Numbered from the stretch's first letter, positions 26,901 to 42,040 are shown. The stretch is DNA of 64,000 bases from Paraspadella gotoi (GCA_051294375.1 JBJCIZ010000744.1:272206-336205), one strand, 5' to 3'. Made by a program: numbers and translations. Notes: generated from the sequence alone by a model not told the origin.

Positions 26901-29900
26901 AATGGTAGGCGGAGGGCGGCAGAACAGAGCGTGTGCTCCAGAGGAAGAGTAAGGCTAGTAGGTGAGAGCAAGTATCGCGGGTTCATAATCGGAAGGACAA
27001 GAGGAGCAGAGGAAGGAGAGTGCAGCACAGTAGGCGAGAGAGAGGAGGAGTATGAGCAGAGATAGAGAGGAAAGAGGGGCGAGGAGAACGACGGGATGAA
27101 GTGCGAAAGAACTGCGGCCGGATAGCGAAGTGGCGATCGTTCTTTTTGCGCCCTTATTATTCTCTGTTCATACACGCGTCTTATCAGACTCTCCGGGGAA
27201 TGTTAATCCTCGTATTTTTTAGTACTCGTTTCAAGATGTTAATGGTTAAGAACGGGAATGTCGAAAGGAGATTAGTTGTCCAGGATATAGGCGGTTTTAG
27301 GATTAAGGTTAAGTATTAAGATATAATTATTTAGTTAGGAATTTAGGTTATGAGGCTAATCATGTAGAGGGACTCTGTACGGGCAGACTTGGGTTCTCTA
27401 GAATGGTTAGCGGTTCGGTGGGTTAAGGGGTGTGCTCGCATTATGCGCGCTCGTACAGAGTGTCCTAGGACAGGTGTTAAAAAGCAGTGTTAGAGGTTAG
27501 AAACTTAGGTTCTGGGACGCTTTTGGGGAAAAGATGAGTCGCCTTTTATCTGGCGGCAGGTGGTGAGCGCTCGGTGACATCCAAAATCGCCGCCTAAATA
27601 GACTTTAAAAACTTTGGTGAGAGCAAAGCACGAAGAATATATTGTCTTTTTTTTGAATGATTGGCGCAGGACCAAGATTTCCGTCATGAGATGATGAACT
27701 TGAAGAGTGCGAAAAGAGCTTCCTCATAAGTCATGGCCAATGCGGAATTTTCAAGATCCTCAATATTTTATATTTAATAAATTACGTGTGCAGATATAGA
27801 AGAGCGACCACGTTTGATACTAATAAAATTTACACATTAAAATATACAAAAACGACACTATCCTCTTATCTCTGACCCGCGTTTTGTAGCTCTCAAGTAT
27901 TCTTGTTTAGTAGCTCCAGTCTTGCAATTCTCGCAATCGTAACGACATTTTCATAGTCATTCCTAAATCTGTTGAAATACAGACACTGAGTCTCAACAAT
28001 CAGCCGCTCTCGCCCGAATGAAACTGGGAATAACCTATTTGGACCAGATGCTCGTACAGAGTTGAATGGTAGTTCCCTGACATTCGCTTCTCAAAGAAAG
28101 GTCTGATTTTAATGACTAAAAGGCTGCACCTTTTTGTCATGAACTACTTCAAGCATTTCTCTGTTCTCTGCAGGAATGTCGAAAAGGTCGTGTCTTACCT
28201 TCCGATATCATCTTACTCTAAATGGGCCTAGAGAATTCAGGTCTCGAATATAGGGATGTAGTTTTGAGGAGGAGGAGGACAGGAGTGAGAGAGGAAAGAG
28301 TGGCATGTGGGGTGAATGCTAGTGTGATGATAGAATTTGAGTAAGTGGAAAGATAGAAGAAGGAAAGACAAGAGATGAAGAGAAGGAGATAAGAATAGAA
28401 AGAGAACGATAAGGAAAGAAAACAAAATGATATATAAAGAAGACCGTAAAAGAAGAAGGATGACTAGAAAAAAAAGACGAAAAGAAAAAGAATACAAAAA
28501 CTCGGAAAGCCATGTAAAAACAAGATTTCGCTAGAGGTTTAACATTACCACTATGACTCCCGATATACAAATGTCTGCCATATACAGAGAGATGAGTTCA
28601 TACCGTGGTGAGACCACGGGTTAGAGAACCCAAAAAGCAAGCCGAGACAGTAGACAGTAACCGACCCAAGTGCAGGACCTGAACGAGATCTATTAGAAAT
28701 GATAAATAAGAACAGAAAAACAGTGGAAAATGAGCAGAGAGAAAAAACCCGTTTGAGAGAGAGAGCGCAAGGAGTAAAGTATTTACATAACGAAAAAAAA
28801 ATTATTAAAAAAATAATTACAAAATTACAAATGTGAAGAATATTAAAGTATGTATATTTGCTCCATAGTCTCGCTAGGCAAAAAGACAGGGGCATTCATT
28901 GACAAAACATCATATATGAACAATTATAATTAATGCTTATTATATGCACACACTCATGAATAGGCACTTCATAAAGATGGACGAACTCGGGTATATTTAT
29001 ATTCAGATCCGCTCGGAACAAAGATATTGCGCGCGTGCGTCTACGCTCTGGAGTCTAGTATTGGGTGGACAGGCAGACAAGATCATCGACCGTCGCCTCG
29101 TTTGTCGGGCTTGCTCGGTTTTTTCCAGAACGCTGGTTCCATTTCGTTCTTTAAATATCTCCGGTGAGCGTGTAATTTTTTAACCTTATTGAGTGTGCTA
29201 AATTAGATCTCCCTCTGTCTTAAAATTTGAAATCATCTAGAAGTCTTATCAGCTATGCTCAACTATGAATCCGCAAGACTTCGCTCGCTCTCTACTAGCT
29301 TAATCTCTTCAATGTTAAACCTTAGCTCCATATAATATTCCTCAATTACGCGATCATGCATTCTCACATTAAACAACCTTATAGTTGGATAAATTCCAAA
29401 AATTAATACTAAATTCCATAATTTAAATTGAAAAGTTTTGGGTAAATAATGAATATGTGGCTCTCATCAGACACATTAACCTGTAGAGAGAGTACAAACA
29501 TAGTCGAGAATTTACTTATATTAACGAACTAATTGTAAAAGCAAACAATAGATAACAAACGCGTTACTGTCTCTGGCACGTGTCAAGCCGCGCTCAAATT
29601 TAGTCACGTGCGGTAGTTTTGGGCCCCGAATTGCTTGCAAGCGGCGTTACAAAGACAGGGCCGGCCGCTAGTCGGATTTCCCACGGCAACTATACAATAA
29701 AGAAGGACACGCTGGCCAGGCCTTAGCAACGTCAAAGGCATACTCCAGAAGCGTGACGAAATAATGAAACAGCATGCTAATGTTCGCAGCGATATAATAT
29801 TTAACCAGAAACCTTATATACAGATAAGAAGAAGAAAGCCACAAGGGAATAAACTTTCTCTGTCTGTTTGAGCGAAGATAATCCGAGCACCTGCTGAGCC

Positions 29901-31500
29901 GCGCTCCGATTGTAGTTGCATAGCCTCCCTGCGCGCACTCCGTCTCGCTTCCTCCCATCTTCAAATGTACGAAGTGATCGGAGGCCTTTCTATAACACCT
30001 AGACAAAAGCACTGAAAAGTTTAATTTTGAATGTAATAGTAAGGAACATTTTGGTGGGGAAGAAAGAGTGTAGAACAAATCTTAAAAAATTATATAGTCA
30101 GGGCAATATAGCTGGGGGGTACTTCAGTTTATGTATAATGATATGGTGGTTATTAATTTTCGTTAGTTAATATATAGTACTGATGCGAGACAAATGAAAA
30201 AATTATTCATAAACATAATTAACAGTATACTAGTTTTCCATATATACTTAAAGAAGATCTCCGGCCATCTCTCTAAAATGGTAATTATAGTTTACTGTTG
30301 CTGTATACGACAAAATCATATATATTTCGGATCGGATTACGACCTATCCTTGCTTCCTCTGGATAGTATCGAAATGTGTAGAAACCAGTCTGATACGATC
30401 GAATATAAAGTAGATGCGTAGTAGTGTAGGGTACCCTCGGATATTAGAGATGGTGAGAAGTGGGTCATTTGTGATAGCTTTATGTCTGGAAACAACTCGT
30501 TCCTGTGAGTATAAAGTAAATGCAGAACTGGTTTATATCCTTTTTTCATATATTTCCTTTTCACTTATTATGTACATTATATATGTTAATAAATTTATCA
30601 TCTAATATTTCCGATATAATTGATAATACTATAATATTAATATAAAAAATAGTAATTTGTTAGATTTTAAAAATGACATCATCGCTACCTTCGCGCAAAA
30701 GAGTCTGTCAGTTCCACCAGCAGCCTCTGGTCGGAGATTGCTCAGCCATGGTGACCGAGGTTCCATCCCTCACTCTCCGCAACTTAATTCTAATTCAGCC
30801 ACAGGAAGTCAAATTCGGTTCCAAAGACATCTCGGTTGATCTCTGAAAATGCTCTCGAACAGAAGCTACGATTATCCAGGAAGCGGAAGACAAGACAAAA
30901 GAAAAAAGAAAAAGGAAAAAAAAGCACATAAGTGCAACCGGCGTCCGTCGCGGGAAGTGTGCTCCAGAATTACGGCGTTCAAACGAATTTCCTTGATCGT
31001 GCTGACCAGAATTGTAGTGAAAGTGCACCGACAGGCCCGAGATGTACTAACCGACGTGAAAAAGAACGTACGCAGAAAGACAAGTGTGTGCCGAGCAGGA
31101 AGAGAGTAGATCGTATAGTCGTCAGAAGTCTTCGGATAAGTGTCCGACGCGCCGTCGGATTCTCCATGGACCGTTCGTCTCCGAAGAGAGACTATGGAGC
31201 TGTGTCGCGGAGCGGTAATCGCAGGCAGACCGCCAGCGGCTGTGGGACCATGCTTTTCCTTCTTCTTTTCAAACTCTGTAGAAACCGGCTATATGCGTAT
31301 ATATCGTGGAGGACGTCCTCTCGAGACTGGAACACAGGAAATGGAACTGACGCGGCATGGGCTTTTCTCGAACGCGGCGATTGATAGCAATCTAGATTTT
31401 AAATGAGTGAATGAATTAGAAATGACTTTTCCTTCGATGTGATTTGAATGAATTGAATGCTGTATAGTAGATTATGTGAATCGATGATATGAAAAGGAGT
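18440..31500. repeat. Foldback 3: centre at about 21457-21547 (CT-rich loop); the noisy right arm runs back through 18440 and on into a third copy of the 10-13 kb block
   Basis: tcggacattgttcagttttattgaataggcaaa (21424-21456) mirrors about 21549-21581. 23750-23990 mirrors 19300-19560. 27100-29400 is a noisy direct copy of 13280-15100, and 31400 corresponds to about 16080. Confidence 0.85.
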
Positions 31501-31555
31501 GTAAATAGACGTTTCTCTCTCTCTCTCTCCNNNNNNNNNNNNNNNNNNNNNNNNN

Positions 31556-31588
<33 letters not shown>

Positions 31589-31689
31589 AAGTGACGGAAA
31601 CCAGAAAAAAAAAGAGGTAAAATATGGAAAGCGCTAATAGGAAGACAAAGAGGAAACTTGTGAAGGAGATGGAAAATCGGAAAGGGAAA

Positions 31690-31932
31690 CGTGTCACGTT
31701 TGTCACGTTTGTCACGTTTGTCACTCGCTATTAAGGACGACAGGCGCTTGCTTCGACAACAGGCGTGTGAAATGAAGGCGATGCTTGCGATGGAGGCGAT
31801 GCTTGCAATGAAGGCGATGCTTGCAATGAATCTACAGTGATGGTCGCTTTAGCTCGTCGTTTTATCGTTTTTAAACAGTTTTTAAAGCAAATCAGCAGAG
31901 AGCTGCTACAGCATTACAGCATTACAGCATTA
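31690..31932 (+). repeat. Cluster of short tandem repeats: (TGTCACGTT)x4, (AATGAAGGCGATGCTTGC)x3, (ACAGCATT)x3
   Basis: Read directly from the sequence. Confidence 0.8.
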
Positions 31933-32122
31933 GCTTCACATTGTCCGAAGAGAAAGTTACGTTAAGGTCAAGCGAAAAATTTAAGAGAGAAAAAGAATGA
32001 AAGAAAGAAAAATAAGCAAGAAAGCGAGAAAGCAAGAAAGCCAAAAAAGAAAGAAGGAGAAAGAAAGAAGGAATGGAAAAAATAAAGAGAGAGAGAAAAA
32101 TAGAAAGAGATGGAATGGGAGG

Positions 32123-32211
<89 letters not shown>

Positions 32212-32594
32212 ATAAAAACTTCTCAAATTGATAAGAGCAGAGGAGAAAAGAGCCGAACGGAAAGCCATGGCGCCTGGCGCCTCAAGAAAACTCCGTCGAC
32301 TTAACTCGTGTGAGAGAAAAACCCAGAAGTGACTGTGACGAAACGAAAGTCGGTGAGACTCATACGTCAGGTCACTCTCTCTCACTCTCTCTGACTCTCT
32401 CTCCCTCTCACTCTATCTCTCTCCCTCTCTCTCTCTCTCTCTNNNNNNNNNNNNNNNNNNNNNNNNNTTTTCTGTCTCTTCTCTTTCTCCCGAATCTAAT
32501 TAAGGATTGACGAAGAGGCGCTGGTTCGTTTACCATTTACGTCTGTCTTATTCCGTAATCGGAAGGAATTAGATGTGATTCATCGTTGGAGTTT

Positions 32595-32637
<43 letters not shown>

Positions 32638-32638
32638 C

Positions 32639-32673
<35 letters not shown>

Positions 32674-32848
32674 TCGGAGAGAAGGGCGATGCATGAGACA
32701 GGTCCATTGCCTCAGTCGTTACGACCGAGGATCAGACTTTAGTTTCTTATTCGCCACAGCGTATGCACTGTTTGCCCGACGCGTAGGCGGATCAGGCGCC
32801 CTTCGTTGCTCAAGAGAAATTTTTTTGTGCTGTGCTTTCTTTTCTCCC

Positions 32849-32880
<32 letters not shown>

Positions 32881-35800
32881 TACTCTCTCTCTCTCTCCTC
32901 TCTCCTCGTCCTCATCCGCGGGCGCGTGATCTAAATTAACGCGCCAAATTACCGCTCGGGCGACGCCGAAATGCGTCGCAGCGTCCTGCGTCGCAGCGTC
33001 GCAGCGTTCCACCCACTGCGTTCAGTCACGAGTCCAGATTTCAAGATAAAAAAAAAAAATGGACGAAAAATGAAAAGCGATTCGGCTAGACTCTTTATTA
33101 GCAATTTATTGCGATTCATTTGCGCCCCTTAGTGTCAACTTATTGCACTGAGATTCCCCATCCATTGGTAATCGATTGTCTTCTAAATGATCTGGCGATG
33201 GCTTAGTTTCTACTTGACTGTCAAAAGAGCGGTTCTAAAACCTTTGTGACCTTTTAACGGCGTAATATATTCTGCATTTGAGCTGACAGTCTGTAAATTT
33301 CAACATAATCATTTTGTTTTCGGTATTCTACTAGTAGACTGGGCGAATAAACCGAATAATTATGTCTACTTTCAATTCATGTAGATTGTATAGGGGGATG
33401 TACATGTACGAGTGAGGCACCAAGAACAAAAAAATTATCCTTGAGTGACCAAACAAGATATTTAGAATACTGAGATAATATAGATTAACTAGTATAAAAA
33501 TATTTTGTTCATATATCTCGGGAACAGAAGTGAGCAAATATATATATAGTTAGTAATTTGCTTATAAAATAGAAATTTTAAAATAATTTATTTAAAAATT
33601 TATAGAATCAGATCTTTATAAAAAGTTAAATCAAAAAGTTAAGACACAGTTATCTAAAATCAAGTGTATGTAATTTTGCAGAGCATTTAAACAGGGAAAA
33701 AATGTAAAAATTCAGGATTTTTTATTCTCTTTTATAGAAACTATATATTATAAAACGTTATAAAAATATAATAAATATATTTAAAAAAATTTTTTTTAAA
33801 TGTTTTTATGCGAATCCAAATCTGTTCTTCTTAAAATGAAGAGAAAATATTTGAAATTTTGTGAGATTTTTTAAGGGATATTACTACATAAAATAATTGA
33901 AGTTTTACATACTGTTAGTGCTTAAAAAAAATGGTTTAAGGGTTTTTTGAAAATTTATTAGATACTTGTCCATCTAAGCAGCAAAAAATAATGTTCAGAT
34001 AGCGCGAGTATAAATATCAAGAAAATAAGACATAAAGACAATCTTGTGCCTCCTAAATTTCTGAAACACATGTAAAGACTAGTCCTAAGATCAAAAAATT
34101 AAAAAATTGCTAGGGCAAATTTTGCCCGTTCCTAGTCAGATTATATGCGAATAAGATGCATAAGAAATATCGATAAAAATAGCAATGTTAAAAAATACAA
34201 ATAAAATTGGTAGTATTAGTGTAATTTGTAAAGGATAGTAGCTAAATCCAAGTATTTAAAACTCTTTTGCAACTAATAAATATAGAAAACGTTGTATTAA
34301 ATAATTTAAATATTATAAAAAATTGTATTTTTGGAAAATACCACAAATACAAATAAAGGCGGAAAGGATGTTTCAGTCAAATAGGTTAAAAATCAAGCAT
34401 AGCCAGAGCTCACGTATCACAGTATATACGCTCGAGATATATCACTGTGTTGTCCAATGTAAAAAAGTGTGCACACCTGTGGCGTCTTATCTGACCCATT
34501 CAATATAGCTATTACAAGATCGGTTTTTAAGGGATTGCATATTTCTTTAGCAACACAGACACAAAATTAAAGCCGAAACAGAAACATATCTTGGCTAAGG
34601 GTGATTAGAAAACTAATTCATAGTAAACATTTATGATCTGGTGTCTTTACGTCCTGCAAATGGGCGCTACACGCAACTTATAAGACTCACCAAGCAATAT
34701 CAAATAAATTATTAAAAGGTTTTGTCTTAGCTGTACCAGCATACTCACCTATGGCAATCAGAAAGAGGCATCAGACACACCATCTACCCTTCAGAAACGA
34801 TGTCTACCCTCACAACTAGTAGATGTTGAGGGCCCTTAGCTCTACATGTGGGACGATAGATCATTTATGTGTTCGCGAATGTCTTCCTCAGTGGACTTGG
34901 AGTTGAGCAGATAAGAACATTAAAGATGTCACTCACGATGGCTTAGTTCCCAGTTACCTGACCAGCCTAACTTATATGTATGTACTTTGTAGAGTATTGA
35001 AACAGGCTAACATCCATCTTCTCTATAATATTTCAAAATTAATGCACAATGATAAAACAGCATAAGCACCTCGATAACACAAACAACTTTCTCAACGTCG
35101 CTCATACGAGCTCGGCTAAAACTGCGAGACACTTAAAAATGTGAAACGGTGCCGGTATAAAACAATAAAAAAAGAGTTAGAACCTGTGAGAAACGGAGCG
35201 TTAGTGCAAGGACAGGGAGGTTCCTTTTGAAATGCACCATTCTTCACTATTTTCCATAAGCGCACGAGGCAGCCTCATATTCTGTGCGCCAGCGTCGTAG
35301 AGGGTGCGAAGAGACTTGCGCTTGGTACCCACGGGGATGCGTGCGAGACCCCGCGCGTTCACAAAGACACAGCGCAAGTTTGGCTACACAGAGATGCTAT
35401 GCTTCTTGCGGTATAGCCATTATAACATCTACGTATTACGAATGATGTTCTGATTCATACTAAATATTATATTATAGAGAGCAGCGAGATTGCATACCAA
35501 ATGACATTGAAAGTTCACCTCCCAAACCCTATTATATGTGAAATATTAATAATGCACTAATATTATTTATATAATTTAAATAATATATAAATCTTGATAA
35601 AAACAAATCACAAATATATATACGTCCATTAAAAAAGTAATATTCAGAGATTATGTGGCGACATGAATTCACTATTGAGATTAGACGTTATTAGCCCGCA
35701 CTTTTGTGAGAGGCTCTATGTTTATTTATACTATTGAGAGTTATATTACCTGTTAACGTCCATTGTTCACAATTGACTATATAGGGCTATAATAGTTAGA

Positions 35801-38554
35801 CAAGGAAGGGATTAAATTAGCGTCGTGAGGTAATACCTTTAATATTGACTCATGCTCTCAGAGGACATATATGAATGTACAGAAGTATTATAGTATTTTA
35901 TCATTGGTTTACGTTATATAAAGTATGCACACCTTTGTGTTTACTTTTCTCATCTGTTGTTAAATAATGGCTATTAATATACGAAAACGTATCCATATAG
36001 AGTTGAATTTTATATTGATATATTAACAGAGAATCAGTAGTAGGTAGAAGCATAACTGGCAGTTATCTCCGTACTCTCCGAATCAATTGGCAGTAGAATC
36101 TCAACTATGAACAAATCCGAGGAAACTAAATAAGTTCTTCATAGACACTCGAACAAATATTCAGAGGTGTGTATATGAGAATTTGTGTTCTGCCAGTACT
36201 CTCTTTCCTGTCGCGACGTATCGCTATTATTCTGCTCTTGGGTTTACTTATTTCTCTTGAGTACTTGCGAGCGTTCAAGAGTGTATGATTTAAGAATTGA
36301 AAATTTCGGATTCTCTCTGGGGATAGACCCCGTCAAAAGAAACAATGGAGAGCCGAGGCACCTATCGGTTGGTGACCGGACGCCTTTTTTTTATTCGGAT
36401 CTTCTATCGCCGTGTATTCGCAATGTTCGTTCGCGAGAGACAGGGCATCATTGAATTATACGAGCCAGATATTTATTTGTTCGCTTGCCGTAATCACGAC
36501 TCTTCCGGCGGCCAACGAGCATTCATGGGCGATACGATTAGTCTAGAGATAGAGAGAGTGGACCGTTTGTTGTCGTCGCGTGCGGCGACGCAATTTGAAA
36601 TTTTCATTTTAAATCGATCGCTTCATCTTGCGATCCCTCGTTCTTCATCATTGGCGTCATAGTGACTTTCGCTTGCGGCTGATTGGTAGAAGTCCACCGT
36701 CCGCAGGCGAACTCCTTGATTACTCACGAATTGCAAATGGGCGCCAACCATTTTTTTTGTTGTTCTCGTTTGCCTCTTCATGTGTTCTTGGTATCCGTTT
36801 AATTTGTTTTGTCTATTCCATTTGATTCTCTATCTCTCATCAAACATTCCTTCAATTTTAGTTTGGTGACAATTTACATATAGCTTTATCAAAAAATATT
36901 ATGTTGCATGATAAAGTGATCGCGTAATTATTGGTTAATCCCGTTCGTTCTGACATTTTGCTGAAATATTGACTGTATTTCACGTACTTTGTCCTTTCTA
37001 ACCATCGATGTCCAAAGCATAATCGTTCCACTCTCTCTCTCTCTCTCTATCACTCTCGTCATCTCTCTGCGTCCGGTTCTCTCTCTCTCTCTAAATCTCC
37101 TAAAGCCATCTGCCGTTTCTTGCGGATTAATGCAAAATGGCGGGAAAATGAGACAAAGAGGGCGCGCTCGTTCGCTCCGATCGTCATGCTCGCACGGCTT
37201 TGGATTTCGGTTATTTTCGACTGTGTGAAGATTTCACTAGCCATAACGGATTTTCTTCGAAATACTAATTCCTTCGCGTTCTTGGGTTCTGTCTGGCAAC
37301 AATATGTTAGCAACCAGGACTTTCATTACGAAACATAATACTCTTGAAGAGATTAATTCCTTAGCACTAACGAAAGGCGTGCGTACGAAAATTAGTTATT
37401 CATTTTTTCTTTTTTCTAATAAAAACTTTTTAACTAATTTATTCTCTAATATTTTTACCTGTGAACACAAACATTACTAAGTGCACAAGTTAAACTTATT
37501 GTATGAAAGTGGGACAAACAAATATAAAAATTATCGCTTTATCATTTAATATTAAGCTATCCTGCCGCCTGCGCTTTGGACAGGGCTTTGGTGGTTTAAA
37601 GCCTCCATCACTGCTTACAAGATATGACTTAGCAAGTCCGGCTGGCAAGCTTTCAAATTCAAGACTCTTCTCAGCAGTCTCGTTTCATTCACTCCCAGAG
37701 TACCTGGCGTATCCCCTAATCAACTGAAGTGGCTATACTAATTTCAAAGAAATGGTTCGAATTGTATAAACGACAACTCCCTTAGCTATTTTATGTATTG
37801 GTAGGTATTCTTAGTAAGTGTTAGTATTTTCGTATTTTAGTATTATAGTTATTTAGTATTGTTAGATTATTCTTAGTAATTTTATTTTTTTAGTATTCTA
37901 ATATTCTTAGTAATCGTTAGTTTATAGTAGTTCTACGTATTTTAGTTATTTCTTTGTAATGTATAGTATTTTAGTATTGTGTAGTATTTGTTCCTCCTAA
38001 ACGTGATTCAATCATTTTCGCGGCAGCTTTTTTTGCATCATGTCACGGACGTATTTCGGAAGGAACAGCGTCCACTGTTCCGATGCGAGACGCTAACTCT
38101 GTGCCGTCAGCGCCCACTCCCTCCCTCCTCCTCCTCCTCCTCACACACTCCTCTCTTCCCCTACTCTATTTTTATCGTCCAAGAGGGGAAAATGGGTCTG
38201 CCCGAACGAGAGTTTTTATCGTCTCGTCCTTAAGTCGGCATCGAGCGCGGCGGTAAAATGGGAGAACAGATCAGAGGAGAAGAGGAGGAGATGCGGGCCG
38301 GCCGGGATGCGTTGGGTGTGCGCAGGGCCGGCGGTGCCGTAAGAATGTTGCGGCGCAGGACGAAGAGCGCGCCGCGGGAACAGTAAGCCGCCGGGCGCTC
38401 TAGAGAGAGGTTAGCATCTGTCGGTCCTCTCCTACGAGAGACGGATGCCTGGGGGGGGGGGCCCCGGGAGGGGACGACGGTGCCGGAAAATTGTGAGAGA
38501 AGTCCGGAAAAGCAGAGAGATGAGAAAGGAGAGTGACAGATTCATTTCGGCTGT

Positions 38555-38740
38555 TTAGTTTTTTATGGCGAATCCAAATCTGTTCTTTAAAATGAAAAAA
38601 AATTATTTTGAAATTTTTTGATTTTTTAAGGATATTACTACATAAATAATTGAATTTACCATACTGTTATGCTTAAAAAATGTTTAAAGGTTTTAAAATT
38701 TATTAATTACTTGTCCATAAGCAGCAAAAAAATAATGTTC
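38555..38740 (+). repeat. Direct copy of 33800-34000
   Basis: gcgaatccaaatctgttct...gcagcaaaaaaataatgttca is present at both positions. Confidence 0.85.
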
Positions 38741-38987
38741 AATCGCTCAATCTTTTCATCACTCCACCCTAATGTACATGTACAATATACATTGTACAAT
38801 ATCATTGAGATATCTTTGTCTCCTTAATCAATTTTATCCCGATGAGCTCAGAACAATTACAAAAGTGAATAGCAAGGTATGATTTATTCTGAAATACATG
38901 TTCTTTTTTGGTCCTTTCTATACCCATTTTCTGAATCCTGACAACTAGGATTTCAAATGTGGAACCCTGAGGGAAAAAATGTGTCTA

Positions 38988-39533
38988 CGGCTTTCTTTTC
39001 CGAGAGTGCCCCATTTCTATTCGTTTATCCCAGAATTTAATTTTAAACCTAATATTTAACCTAACCCTAACCTAATGCTACCCTAACCCTAAAACTTATC
39101 CTTAATTTTTAACCTTAACTTCTAAACGCTAATCCTTAACCTAAATCCCAAACCCTCATAACAAACCAGGTCCTTAACCTTAATCCCTAACCTTAATCCC
39201 TAACCTTAATCCCNNNNNNNNNNNNNNNNNNNNNNNNNNNNNNNNNNNNNNNNNNNNNNNNNNNNNNNNNNNNNNNNNNNNNNNNNNNNNNNNNNNNNNN
39301 NNNNNNNNNNNNNNNNNNNNNNNNNNNNNNNNNNNNNNNNNNNNNNNNNNNNNNNNNNNNNNNNNNNNNNNNNNNNNNNNNNNNNNNNNNNNNNNNNNNN
39401 NNNNNNNNNTAACCTTAATCCCTAACCTTAATCCCTAACCTTAATCCCTCACTTCTAAACTTATCTTTTACTAAAAAGAATAACTCAATTCAGAATTTAA
39501 GATAAAATGTGTCGATCTGGGAAAATAGGACCC
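38988..39533 (+). mobile_element. Short-TIR element with a telomere-like core, copy C; the core contains a homogenised 13-mer TAACCTTAATCCC spanning a gap
   Basis: Starts CGGCTTTCTTTTCCGAGAGTGCCCC and ends AATTCAGAATTTAAGA...GGGAAAATAGGACCC. Confidence 0.6.
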
Positions 39534-39559
39534 AAAAATATTTGGGTAAACTTGAGCCA

Positions 39560-40130
39560 CGTGTTTGGAATTTTGAAAGAAATAATTTTGACAGCAAAAA
39601 AAAAAGTTGGTTTCGTCGACCTGAAAAATATGCAAATGAGTTTTTGGACCGTCACACTTTTTTTTTGTCGGATGGTATCGTTGGAATNNNNNNNNNNNNN
39701 NNNNNNNNNNNNTTCCGCCGTTCGGTCGCCGTCGCCGTCCGGTCGTTCGGTCGGCTCGCTCGGTCCGGTCGGCTTCGGTCGGCCTCGGTCGCGTCGCGTC
39801 GCGTCGGTCGCGTCGGCTCGCGTCCCGCCGCTCGGTCGCGTCGGTCGGCTCGGGCGTTCGCGGCTATCGGCGTCGGTCGGGTCTGTCGGTCGGGTTCTGT
39901 CGCCCCGTCGCGCGGTCGGTCAGGTCGGCCTCGGTCGCGTCGGTCGGGTCGGCTCGGATTCGTCGGTCGGTCGGTCGGGTTCGCGTCGGTCGGTCGGTCG
40001 GTCGGGCGATCGGTCGTCGCCCGTCGGCTCGCGTTCGCGTTGGTCTGTCGGTCCCGGTCGCCGCGGCTACGGTCGCGGCTCGCTCGCGTCGAGCTCCCGG
40101 TCGCGCTCGGTCGGTCGGTCTGTCGGTCGC
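39560..40130 (+). repeat. Dispersed repeat with a degenerate (CGGT)n CpG-rich tract; inverted copy at about 49100-49450
   Basis: ccacgtg...aataattttgacagcaaaaaaaaaagttggtttcgtcgacctgaaaaatat...gatggtatcgttgg followed by (cggt)n. The reverse complement is at 49270-49445 with (accg)n at 49100-49270. Confidence 0.75.
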
Positions 40131-40677
40131 ATTTTTCTTGTCTTTTAACTTGTTGGGCTGGAGAATGAAAGTAAATTATAATTCAAGTTTTCTATATTTT
40201 TTACTCCACAACAGACACAGGAAATGAATCTGTCAACTCTTCTTTCTCCTCTCTCTCTCTTCGCTCGCTCAATTTCCCGGCCGCGCCCACTCCTCCCCCA
40301 CCCAAGGTTCATCGCCGTCTCTCGTAGGAGAGGACGACAATGAACTCTCTTAGGCGCCGGCGCTTTGTGTCCCCGGCGCGCTCTCGTCCGCGCCGCATTC
40401 TACGGCGCCGGCCTGCGCCACCCACGCATCCGCCGGCCCGCATCTCTCTCTCTCTCTGTCTTCTCCCATTTCCCGGCGTCGGATGCCGTACTTAAGGACG
40501 AGACGAAAAATTCGGGGCAGACATTTCCCCTCTTGACGATAAATGGAGGAGGAAGAGAGAGTAGGAGGAGGAGGAGGAGGAGGAAGTGGGCGTGACGGGA
40601 GAGCTTCGTCGGAGTGACGCGTTCTTCGAAATACGTCGTGAATGAGAAAAAAAGTGGGAAAATGATATCATTTAGAA

Positions 40678-40860
40678 AAAATACTAAAATACTAAAATAC
40701 TAAATTACAAGAATACTAAAATACTAGAATACTATAATACTAAATTACTAGAATATTAGAATACTAAAAAAATAAAATACTAAAATAATAAAATACTAAA
40801 TAACTATAATACTAAAATACGAAAATACTAAATTACTAGAATACTACAATACTAAAATAG
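40678..40860 (+). repeat. 8-bp satellite (AATACTAA)n, mirrored at about 37790-37990
   Basis: Read directly from the sequence. Confidence 0.85.
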
Positions 40861-41794
40861 TAAAGGGAGTGGTCGTTTTATACAATTGAAACATTCTTTG
40901 AAATAGTATACCACTTCATTGATAGGGAAGCCAGGTACTCTGGGAGTGAATGAACGAGACTGTGAGAGAGTCTTGATTGAAAGCTTGCAGGGACTTGCTA
41001 AGTCATTATCTTGTAAGAGTGATGGAGGCTTTAAACCACCAAAGCCTGTCCAAAGTCAGGGGCAGGATAGCTTAATTATTAAATGAAAGGATAATTTTTA
41101 TATTTGTTGTCCCTATTTCATACAAAATAATGTGACTAGTAATGTTTGTGTTCACAGGTAAAAATAAAGAGAGAATTTAGTAAAGTTTTTATTAGAAAAA
41201 AAGAAAAATGAATAATAATTTCGTCGACGTTTCCGTTGCTAAGGAATTTCTCTTCAAGGATTTTGTTGCTAATGGCTCCGTTGCTAACATATTAGTTGCC
41301 AACGAACCAAGACGCGAAGGAATTAGTTTTCGAAGGAAATCCCGTGCTAAGCGAATCCGCTCTACGTTTTCCTTTTAACCGCTCGAAAACCGAAATCACA
41401 AAGCGTCGGATGACGCACGAGCGACGAGCGCCCTCTTTTGTTCTCATTTTCCCCGCCATTTGTTTGATTAAATCGCGAACGGTGGCGTTTAGGAGATTTT
41501 GAGAGAGACGAGAGAGGAAGAGAGAGAGAGAGAGATTGGACGATATTGCGTTTGGACATCGAGGTTAGAAAGGAAGAGTAAGTGAAATAAGTCAATATTC
41601 AGAAATGTCAAGAACGAACGGATTAACCAATAATTAACGCGATCACTTTATCAGTGAACATAAATTTTTGTAACTATTGTAAATATGTACAAACTAAAAT
41701 TGAAGGAATGTTTGATGAGAGATAGAAATCAAATGAATAGAAAACAAATTAAACGGATAAAGAACAATGAAGAGCAAAACGAGAAAACAAAAAA

Positions 41795-42040
41795 AATGGT
41801 TGGCGCCATTTTGAATCCGTGAGGAATCAAGGATTCGCCGAGGTGGATTTCTACCAATCAGCGCAAAGCGAGAAGTCACTATGAGCCAATGAGAAAACGA
41901 GGATCGAATGAATGAAGCGTCGATTTAAAATGAAAATTTAAATTGCGTCGCCGACGGACGAACAAAGGTTCCGACGCCGCCACAACAACGACGCCCATGG
42001 AATGCCTTTGGCGCCGGGAAACGTGATTGGCTCGAACAAA
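41795..42040. promoter_or_regulatory. CpG-rich promoter-like cluster with CCAAT boxes and a YY1-like motif
   Basis: gcgccatttt near 41803, ccaatcagc near 41854, gagccaatgag near 41883 and gtgattggc near 42023. No linked gene was identified. Confidence 0.25.

Noticed and set aside
39055-39450. True telomere or chromosome-end fusion
   Set aside because: The repeats are degenerate, internal, and bounded by the same terminal motifs as three other dispersed copies.
39507-40168. RS-rich (SR-like) protein ORFs, also 48921-49301
   Set aside because: They are translations of a degenerate (CGGT)n tract, partly across an N gap.
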